From: an uncultured Candidatus Saccharibacteria bacterium
Lineage (GTDB): Bacteria; Patescibacteriota; Minisyncoccia; Phycocordibacterales; UBA9973
DNA: 32,311 bases
Direction of reading: 5' to 3'
Assembly: GCA_964437715.1 (NCBI GenBank)
Contig: CAYTHY010000001.1
Span: 9,474 to 41,784, forward strand
Part shown: positions 25,625 to 32,311 of the stretch, piece by piece
How the letters are laid out: every line of letters starts with the position of its first letter
Numbering within the stretch: position 1 is the first letter of the stretch
Program-made: the position numbers and the translations under genes
Notes under the pieces: model-generated
Seen by the model: the letters and a program-made list of their open reading frames with translations, nothing else
The model's database searches: none
Told to the model about the DNA's origin: nothing

Positions 25625-27103
25625 ATGAAAATAAATAGTAAAAAAATTATAACTCGTTTTGCTCCAAGTCCTACGGGTTTTATGCATATTGGGGGTATTA
25701 GAACAGCAATTTATGCTTGGGCCTATGCTAAACAAAATAACGGAACATTTATTTTACGAATAGAAGATACAGATAAACAAAGAGAAGTGAAAGAGGCCAT
25801 ACCGCATATAATAAAGTCTCTTAAGTGGCTTGGGATTACATGGGACGAAGGTCCCGATATTGGAGGACCAAATAAACCATATCTACAATCAGAAAGATTA
25901 AATATCTATAAAAAATATGCACAAATTTTAATAGATAAAGGTTTAGCTTATACTGATATAAACACAAAAGAGGGAATTGAAGTTTTCCGACAAGAAGCGA
26001 TGAAACAAAAGAAACCATTTTTATTTCGTAATCATAGACCCCAAAATCCACCTCTATGGGACGGAACAAAACCACTTCGTTTTAAGGTTACTAATATAAA
26101 AAGATACCATTGGAACGATTTAGTTTTTGGTGATTTATCAGCAGGGGAAGAAGCTCTGGATGATTTTGTTTTAATAAAAAGTGACGGTTATCCAACTTAT
26201 AATTTTGCTCATATTGTTGATGATCTAGAAATGGGTATTACTCATATTATGCGTGGACAAGAATTTATATCTTCTACTCCTAAATATTTGTCTTTATATG
26301 AAGCTTTAGACATTAAACCTCCACTTTTTGTAACCTTACCACCAATAATGGCTGAAAACGGCAAGAAAAAACTGAGCAAAAGAGATGGAGCTAAGGATAT
26401 CTTAGAATATCATGATGAGGGATATTTACCAGAAGCAATGTTTAATTTTTTAATTTTGATAGGTTGGAACCCTGGAACAAATCAAGAAATAATTAAAAGA
26501 GAAGATTTCATAAAAATGTTTGATATCTCAAAAATACAACATAGCGGTGGTAATTTTAATGAAGAAAAATTAGATTGGATAAATAAAGAATATTTGAAAC
26601 TGCTATCTATAAAAGAAAAAAAAGAATATATTGAAAAATTTATTCCTCTTAATATTAAGAATTTACCAAAATATAAAGACAAAACTATTAATAAAATAAT
26701 TCCTATTATTTTTGAAAGAATCTCTAATGGTAAGGAAATTATGGAGATGTCCCAAAATGGCGATTTAACTTATTTTTTCCAAAGACCAACTTTTGAAAAG
26801 GAAGTGCTAATTTTTAAACCAGATAAAATTGATAAAGAAAAAAAATATAAGCAAATTTCTAATTATTTAACTCAAACTATTGTCATTCTTGAAAAAATAG
26901 AAGAAAAAAATTTCACGAAAGAAAATATAAAAAAAATATTATTACCTTATGCCAAGGAAGTTGGGACAGGGGACTTACTTTGGCCAGTTCGTTATGCTTT
27001 ATCAGGAAAAGATAAATCACCTGATCCTTTTGTCTTGATTGAAATATTCGGTAAAAATGAGACTATCGCACGCTTAAATTATGCTATTAAATTACTTCCT
27101 TAA
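25625..27103 (+). CDS. gltX: glutamate--tRNA ligase
   Basis: RFAPSPTGFMHIGGIRTA (HIGH motif), the KLSKR motif, YPTYNFAHIVDD, and a C-terminal anticodon-binding domain. Confidence 0.94.
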   Translation: MKINSKKIITRFAPSPTGFMHIGGIRTAIYAWAYAKQNNGTFILRIEDTDKQREVKEAIPHIIKSLKWLGITWDEGPDIGGPNKPYLQSERLNIYKKYAQILIDKGLAYTDINTKEGIEVFRQEAMKQKKPFLFRNHRPQNPPLWDGTKPLRFKVTNIKRYHWNDLVFGDLSAGEEALDDFVLIKSDGYPTYNFAHIVDDLEMGITHIMRGQEFISSTPKYLSLYEALDIKPPLFVTLPPIMAENGKKKLSKRDGAKDILEYHDEGYLPEAMFNFLILIGWNPGTNQEIIKREDFIKMFDISKIQHSGGNFNEEKLDWINKEYLKLLSIKEKKEYIEKFIPLNIKNLPKYKDKTINKIIPIIFERISNGKEIMEMSQNGDLTYFFQRPTFEKEVLIFKPDKIDKEKKYKQISNYLTQTIVILEKIEEKNFTKENIKKILLPYAKEVGTGDLLWPVRYALSGKDKSPDPFVLIEIFGKNETIARLNYAIKLLP

Positions 27104-27119
27104 ATAAGAAACTATTACT

Positions 27120-28415
27120 ATGAAAAAGGCTTTATTTATAATCATTGTATTGATATGTATAATTTTCGTTATACCAAAAAACAAATCAATTGCTGTAACA
27201 ACTTCTAATATCCGTCAACAAATCAATACTACTAATAATCAAATAGAAACTCTTAATCAGCAGATAAAATTATATCAACAACAGATTTCTAAAACTAGCG
27301 AACAAAAAAACACGCTGACTAGATTAATAAGACGATTGGCTTTAACTAGAAATAAATTAGTCAAAGAAAAAGAAAAAACTCAAAAAAAGATTACAGTAGT
27401 AAACCTTACCATTAAAAATTTAAGTTCAGATATAAACACACAACAAGAAGCAATAGAAAGTTCTAAAAAACTATTAAGTGAGTTAATAGTTACTCTTTAT
27501 ATAAATGACAATACCCCAATAATAGAAAAATTTGTTTTACAAGGGAATTTAGCTAATATCAGTAGTGAATATAATGATATTATTTCTATCAATGAAAAAA
27601 TTAGACAATATTTAAAGAAAGTTAAAATACAAAAGTCTTATTCAATCCTATCTAAAAATGAGAAAGAAATTGAACAAAAAAAATTAAATTCTTTTAATCA
27701 AACTTTATATCTTCAACAAAAAGCCATAGAAATAACAAAAAGTCAGAAAAATAAAATTTTAATTAATACTAAAAATAGGGAATATAATTATAAAAAATTA
27801 TTAGCTGAGCAACAAAAAAAATATAATGCTTTCAAAAAAGACCTTCTAAATTATGAAGCCCAACTTAAATTTATTTTAAATCCTAATTCTTTACCAAAAG
27901 AAGGTTCTGAGGTCTTATCGTGGCCATTAAAAAATATTTTTATAACTCAATTGTTTGGAGTAACTTCAGCTTCTAGGCGTTTATATAGATCAGGTTCACA
28001 TAGTGGAGTTGATTTTAGAGCTTCTATTGGGACAAAAGTAATGGCTATGGCTAGTGGAGTAGTTATTGATACTGGAAATACTGATATTTATTGTAAGAAT
28101 GCTTCTTTTGGTAAATGGGTTTTTATCAAATACGATAATGGCCTATCAAGCACCTTTGGACACCTACTAGTAATTTCAGCTAAAGCTGGTCAAAGAGTAA
28201 AAGCAGGTGATATTGTTGCTCTTTCTGGTAATACAGGACATACAACTGGTCCTCATTTACATGTTAGTGTTTATGCTTCTGGTGGAGTTAGCGTAAGAAA
28301 AGTTCCAAGTCTCACTTGTAGGGGTAAAGACTTTATTATGCCAATTGCTTCAATTAATTCATACCTTAATCCTATGTTATATCTACCTAAAATAGCTAAA
28401 AACAAGATCAAATAA
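27120..28415 (+). CDS. M23-family peptidoglycan metalloendopeptidase with an N-terminal anchor and long coiled coil (EnvC-like architecture)
   Basis: N-terminal hydrophobic segment and about 230 aa of Gln/Lys-rich coiled coil. The LytM domain has intact metal ligands (HSGVDFRA; GNTGHTTGPHLHVSVY). Confidence 0.88.
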   Translation: MKKALFIIIVLICIIFVIPKNKSIAVTTSNIRQQINTTNNQIETLNQQIKLYQQQISKTSEQKNTLTRLIRRLALTRNKLVKEKEKTQKKITVVNLTIKNLSSDINTQQEAIESSKKLLSELIVTLYINDNTPIIEKFVLQGNLANISSEYNDIISINEKIRQYLKKVKIQKSYSILSKNEKEIEQKKLNSFNQTLYLQQKAIEITKSQKNKILINTKNREYNYKKLLAEQQKKYNAFKKDLLNYEAQLKFILNPNSLPKEGSEVLSWPLKNIFITQLFGVTSASRRLYRSGSHSGVDFRASIGTKVMAMASGVVIDTGNTDIYCKNASFGKWVFIKYDNGLSSTFGHLLVISAKAGQRVKAGDIVALSGNTGHTTGPHLHVSVYASGGVSVRKVPSLTCRGKDFIMPIASINSYLNPMLYLPKIAKNKIK

Positions 28416-28454
28416 TGTTTTTTATTTTAATTAGTGTTATAATAATAAAATAGT

Positions 28455-28796
28455 ATGAGTGATCATAAATACCCATCAAGATTACATATTCATTTAGGCG
28501 GATTAATAATAATTATTATTATTGTTTTAGTCTTGTTTAAAGTAGATATTAGGTCAACAATAAATTCTCCACGTTTTCAAAATAATGTTAATTATATTGA
28601 ACAACAAGGAGAAAATATTTGGAACAAATATTTGAAAAAACCATTAACAAATGGATGGAATGGTCTTTTTAATAATTTACTCAATAAGGGAATTGAACAA
28701 ATAAAAAAGAGTAAATTTAATTTATCTGATATCAATAAAATTAACCCAGGTAATATTACTGGCTCCTATAAAAATTCTATAAATACTAATAAATAA
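28455..28796 (+). CDS. hypothetical membrane-anchored protein (113 aa)
   Basis: ORF with one N-terminal TM helix (LGGLIIIIIIVLVLF) and an Asn/Lys-rich tail. No recognisable family. Confidence 0.45.
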   Translation: MSDHKYPSRLHIHLGGLIIIIIIVLVLFKVDIRSTINSPRFQNNVNYIEQQGENIWNKYLKKPLTNGWNGLFNNLLNKGIEQIKKSKFNLSDINKINPGNITGSYKNSINTNK

Positions 28797-28801
28797 TATT
28801 C

Positions 28802-30082
28802 TTACAATAAATTATTATTTATTGTCTTTTCTATAAAAATTTTAGGAGACCCATAATAAAGTTTATTAAATGTCTCTATATTTTTTTTCATATTTAACAG
28901 AGATTTTGATTCTTTGGGAGGAATACTTATACCAGAAAAAGCATGACTAGTTTTACCGTCAATCATTAATTTTATATAAAAATTAAATCTAGGTAAATTA
29001 ATAAAATCTTCTACTTTCATTGGTAAAAATTCTCGTGACAATATTTCTGCATCTTCTGCTCCAACTTCAAATGAAATAATTGTTCCAACATTACCTAAAA
29101 CTGCATCTTTTATATTTTCTGGTAATTGTGCTAAATATTGGTTAGTAATATGCACACCTAATCCATATTTTCGTGACTCACTCAACATACTAATAAAGGT
29201 ATCAGTTGTAAAATTTTGGAACTCATCTACATATAGATAGAAAGGATCACGTTCAGAAGATTCTTTATTAGCTCTTTTTAATATTCCTGCTTGTAATTTA
29301 GATAATATTATTAACCCCAACATATGAGCATTTATTTCTCCAATTTTACCTTTTGATAAATTAACTAACAAAATTTTTTTATTATCCATTAAATTTTCAA
29401 AGTCAAAACTACTTTGGTGTTGTCCTATTATATTACGCATTAGAGTATTATTCATAAATTGCCCAAATTTAGACATAAAGTAATTAAGCATTTCACTTTT
29501 ATGAAAATCTGAAGTTTTAGACATTTGTTTAGTCCAAAATTCTATCACTTGTGGATCAGTAAGATGTTTTCTTTTTTCCATTTCAAAATTATGATCAATA
29601 AACAATTTTGGAATTTCTATAAGACTCCCTCCTTCTGGTCCAGCCATAACAGTAAGAGCGGCATTTCTTAACCAATGTTCAAATTGTGGACCAATAATAC
29701 CTGTCTTTTGAGGATCAAATAACTTATAAAATATTTGGATACATTCATTGACTAAAAAGTCTTTTTCAAGAGGGGAATGAGCTTCAAGTATATTAAGTCC
29801 AAATGGAAAATTTACATCACTTGGATCAAAAAGAATTACATCTTTAAATCTGTTTTCAGGAATATTTTTAAGTAACCAATCTATAGATTCTCCATGCGGA
29901 TCAATAAAACAAACACCTTTCCCATTTTCTATATCTTGTAAACACATATTTTGAAAAATAGTTGATTTACCTACTCCAGTTTTGCCAACCATATACATAT
30001 GACGCAATCTATCGTTTTCAGAATACTTAATGACAGTTGTTTTTCCGTGATATTTATTTATTCCTATAGTTATATTATTCAT
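28802..30082 (-). CDS. soluble FtsK/HerA-superfamily P-loop ATPase, VirD4/TraD (TrwB) coupling-protein-like
   Basis: Walker A MVGKTGVGKST, FIDPHGES, Walker B FYLYVDEFQNF, and SESRKYGLGVHITNQYLAQL (the RKYG..Q signature shared by HerA/TraD-type ATPases). No TM segment. Confidence 0.7.
   Translation of the reverse strand: MNNITIGINKYHGKTTVIKYSENDRLRHMYMVGKTGVGKSTIFQNMCLQDIENGKGVCFIDPHGESIDWLLKNIPENRFKDVILFDPSDVNFPFGLNILEAHSPLEKDFLVNECIQIFYKLFDPQKTGIIGPQFEHWLRNAALTVMAGPEGGSLIEIPKLFIDHNFEMEKRKHLTDPQVIEFWTKQMSKTSDFHKSEMLNYFMSKFGQFMNNTLMRNIIGQHQSSFDFENLMDNKKILLVNLSKGKIGEINAHMLGLIILSKLQAGILKRANKESSERDPFYLYVDEFQNFTTDTFISMLSESRKYGLGVHITNQYLAQLPENIKDAVLGNVGTIISFEVGAEDAEILSREFLPMKVEDFINLPRFNFYIKLMIDGKTSHAFSGISIPPKESKSLLNMKKNIETFNKLYYGSPKIFIEKTINNNLL
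28804..28832 (+). terminator. weak AT-rich hairpin plus T-rich tract, possible terminator of the plus-strand operon embedded in the 3' end of the convergent CDS
   Basis: ACAATAAAT (28804-28812) pairs with ATTTATTGT (28817-28825) around a TATT loop, followed by CTTTTCT. The stem has only one G-C pair. Confidence 0.25.
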
Positions 30083-30086
30083 AAAA

Positions 30087-30341
30087 TTATATATTATTAA
30101 TATTCAATGATTTCTTATTAAAATATTTATTATCAATAGATGTATTTGATTCATCTTCTATCTTCTCTTGAATTTTTAATTCTCGATTAATAATTTTAAG
30201 AAGGATAGCTTTTTGTTTTGTTATTTTATTTGCAATTATATTTTTTATTTCTGAATCTATATAATTTTCTATTGATAAAAGCATTTCATTTTCTATTGAA
30301 AATATTTCATCTATATTTTTTAATTTTTCATCATTGTTCAT
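30087..30341 (-). CDS. small acidic helical protein, hypothetical (84 aa)
   Basis: ORF lying 9 nt downstream of the AAA+ gene and 4 nt upstream of the VirD4-like gene. It is Glu/Asp/Ile/Asn-rich with heptad-like periodicity. Confidence 0.5.
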   Translation of the reverse strand: MNNDEKLKNIDEIFSIENEMLLSIENYIDSEIKNIIANKITKQKAILLKIINRELKIQEKIEDESNTSIDNKYFNKKSLNINNI

Positions 30342-30350
30342 AAAATTATA

Positions 30351-32012
30351 TTAATTATTCAATAAACTTTTAACTAATAACGACTCGCAAGTTTCTTCAA
30401 TAAATCTTTTAACTGGTCGCGCTCCAAACCTCGCATCAACTAGTGGTTTTATTTTTTCTTCAAGTTCTTTTGGGTTTATATCAAACGAAACATTATGTTT
30501 CGTCAATCTTTTTTCAACCTTTCTTATTTCAAGTTTAGCTATTTCTATTAGATTTGGCAATGTTAGTGGGTTAAAGATAAGAATACTATCAAAACGATTA
30601 ATAAATTCCAATCTAAATACTTTGGCTAATTCAGGAATTATTTTTTCCTGAATAAATTTTTCATCCATTATATTTTTTCCTTTATTGAATTCCTCCAGTA
30701 TTACATTTACTCCTATATTAGAAGTTGCCATTATTATGGAATTACAAGCATCCACTGTTTCGTTTTGTCCTGAAGTTAATCTTCCATCGTCTAAAACCTG
30801 AAGGAAGATATCAAAAATCTTTGAATGAGCTTTTTCAATTTCATCTAATAATATTAAACAATGTGGTTCTTCTTGTAGAGCATTAGTTAGGGCACCACCA
30901 CTTTCATAACCGCTATATCCAACAGGAGCTCCTATTAATCTTTGAACTGTGTGATCTTGCCCAAATTCAGACATATCAAATCTTATAAAACTTTCTTTTC
31001 TACCAAACATAATTTCAGAAATTAATTTAGCAGTTTCTGTTTTTCCAACTCCAGATGGCCCTAATATTAGAAATGAACCTAACGGCTTATTGGGATTTCT
31101 TATTCCTAATTTTGCTCTTTGTAAAGTTTTAATTATTTTATCAATAGCTTTATTTTGATTAATAATTTTAGAATTTAAAGTTTGATCTAAATTTTTTAAT
31201 ATTTCCATCTCATTCCCACTAAGTTGCATTTTAGGAATACCTATCTTACTAGAAACAATGTCAGAAATTATCTCATCTGTTAAAACTTTTTTATCCATAG
31301 CTTTAGTAGATACAATTCCTTCATCCATAAGGCTAATAGATGCTTGTGGTAATTTTCCCAAAGTAGGGAAGCGCTCAACATAAGAAACTATTTCCTGCAT
31401 TATTGTTGAAGGAACAATTACTTTATGATTTTTATTAAGTTGTACTAATTTACTTTCTAATATTTTAATCTGTTCAAAATTATTTTGTTTTTTTAAATTA
31501 ACTATTTCAAACATTTTTATAAAAGCTGGATACTCATGTTCTATCCAATTATATTCTTTAGGTTCCATAGTAAGAACCACTTTTATATCTGGATTTTTAA
31601 GAATATCATGATATAAACGAGCTGTATTTTGTAAAAGATTTGAGTTCCCATATACTGTTCTACCTAGATTATCTATGAATAAAACACAAGAGGGTAATTC
31701 TTTCATTATATTCTTGAATAATATTCCTTCTTCACTTCTACTATCAAAATTAAATAAATGCTCATTACCTAATTGAATAAAACTTAGATCTTTATTTTTA
31801 TCGTCTTGGACCATTTTTTTTATCCATCCATAAATAAGGCTAGTTTTTCCGGAACCGTTGGCTCCTACTAAAATAATATTATTATTAATACTTCTATTAA
31901 TAATTCTAGTTAGTCTATTAACTTCTTCTTTTCTTCCAATAATTATTGGAAATTTATTTAAAGCAATTTCTTCTCTTAAATCATTATATTCAGTTTTTCT
32001 AAAATTTTTCAT
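30351..32012 (-). CDS. Clp/Hsp100-family double-ring AAA+ ATPase lacking the N-domain and M-domain, with a degenerate D1
   Basis: D1 carries IIGRKEEVNRLTRIINR, Walker A GANGSGKT, Walker B LFIDN (Glu replaced by Asn) and LPQASISLMDEG. D2 is canonical: GPSGVGKT, GAPVGYSGY, LILLDEIEKAH, LQVLDDGRLT, ATSNIG, EFINRFD and FGARPVKR. Confidence 0.85.
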   Translation of the reverse strand: MKNFRKTEYNDLREEIALNKFPIIIGRKEEVNRLTRIINRSINNNIILVGANGSGKTSLIYGWIKKMVQDDKNKDLSFIQLGNEHLFNFDSRSEEGILFKNIMKELPSCVLFIDNLGRTVYGNSNLLQNTARLYHDILKNPDIKVVLTMEPKEYNWIEHEYPAFIKMFEIVNLKKQNNFEQIKILESKLVQLNKNHKVIVPSTIMQEIVSYVERFPTLGKLPQASISLMDEGIVSTKAMDKKVLTDEIISDIVSSKIGIPKMQLSGNEMEILKNLDQTLNSKIINQNKAIDKIIKTLQRAKLGIRNPNKPLGSFLILGPSGVGKTETAKLISEIMFGRKESFIRFDMSEFGQDHTVQRLIGAPVGYSGYESGGALTNALQEEPHCLILLDEIEKAHSKIFDIFLQVLDDGRLTSGQNETVDACNSIIMATSNIGVNVILEEFNKGKNIMDEKFIQEKIIPELAKVFRLEFINRFDSILIFNPLTLPNLIEIAKLEIRKVEKRLTKHNVSFDINPKELEEKIKPLVDARFGARPVKRFIEETCESLLVKSLLNN

Positions 32013-32020
32013 TTATTTTT

Positions 32021-32311
32021 TTAAGCTGCTATTTTTAATGTTATCCCATTTAAGTTAGTCGGCTTATTTTTACTGGAAATTATTTTTGTTGGATTATTCT
32101 CAAATTCTTCTTGATTTGAAATTGGAAAGTTTTTTCTACTCATTAATTCAACTACTTCTGGTTTTATTACATTTGAAGGAACTCTAAGTATTTGAGATAA
32201 AATATCATGACTTTTTACCCCCACATTTTCTTTTCTCTCTTCTACATTCTCCGATATTTCTTCTTTGGATTGAATTATAACTGGTTCTATCGTTTGCTCT
32301 ACTGTTTTATT
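32021..32311 (-). CDS. hypothetical protein, 3' part only (ORF stays open to the window edge)
   Basis: The reading frame of the 32021..32224 track ORF has no stop codon up to 32311 (checked codon by codon). It ends 8 nt upstream of the AAA+ gene. The GTG at 32224 is probably internal. Confidence 0.5.
   Translation of the reverse strand, partial: NKTVEQTIEPVIIQSKEEISENVEERKENVGVKSHDILSQILRVPSNVIKPEVVELMSRKNFPISNQEEFENNPTKIISSKNKPTNLNGITLKIAA

Noticed and set aside
2194-32058. Short ORFs in the track nested in or antisense to conserved genes. Starting at 2194 they are: 2194-2412(-), 5686-5880(-), 5733-5969(+), 7875-8132(-), 12489-12686(-), 12868-13107(+) and 16691-17002(+). The rest are 19832-20062(-), 20481-20672(-), 21100-21291(-), 21992-22186(+), 25836-26075(-), 26482-26682(-) and 31858-32058(+).
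   Set aside because: All lie within well-supported CDSs in another frame or strand. They have low-complexity Ile/Phe/Lys/Leu-rich translations typical of shadow ORFs in AT-rich DNA.
1-32311. Alternative genetic code (UGA recoding, as in some candidate phyla)
   Set aside because: All conserved genes translate at full length with the standard code, with no in-frame TGA needed. Stops are mostly TAA, with a few TAG and TGA.
28802-32311. Integrated conjugative or mobile element, suggested by the VirD4/TraD-like ATPase
   Set aside because: No integrase, relaxase, transposase, VirB4 or VirB6 genes, flanking direct repeats or tRNA attachment site are visible. Base composition matches the rest of the window. 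This cannot be excluded beyond the window edge.

Overview
AT-rich (roughly 30% GC by eye), very compact bacterial window with almost no Shine-Dalgarno motifs and many -10 boxes only 7-11 nt from the start codon. This style fits a reduced-genome bacterium such as Patescibacteria/CPR, but that assignment is inference, not a database result. Most of the window is housekeeping. It holds five aminoacyl-tRNA synthetases (alaS, cysS, trpS, aspS, gltX) and the infA-rpmJ-rpsM-rpsK-rpsD-rpoA-rplQ-rplM-rpsI block. It also holds grpE / dnaK-dnaJ, rplU, recR-dnaB, scpA-scpB fused to a trimmed cell-wall cluster (mraY-ftsW-X-murG), and an M23 peptidase. I found no rRNA, tRNA, CRISPR array or mobile element. 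rpmJ (37 codons, 5162..5272) is missing from the ORF track and was found by hand. Three track ORFs (rpsM, rplU, trpS) start too far upstream. The non-housekeeping candidates are: (1) A tightly packed minus-strand operon at 28802..32311+, running off the window. It encodes an N-domain-less, M-domain-less Clp/Hsp100 AAA+ protein with a degenerate first ATPase ring, an 84-aa acidic protein, and a soluble FtsK/HerA/VirD4-type P-loop ATPase. (2) A PaaX-like winged-helix regulator sitting where hrcA normally sits, between grpE and dnaK. A perfect 10-N10-10 inverted repeat overlaps the dnaK promoter, and dnaK has an unusually long structured leader. (3) A translationally coupled pair of a degenerate actin-fold protein and a bitopic membrane protein. 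Domain-reduced AlaRS and AspRS and several unexplained intergenic palindromes and repeats are also reported.
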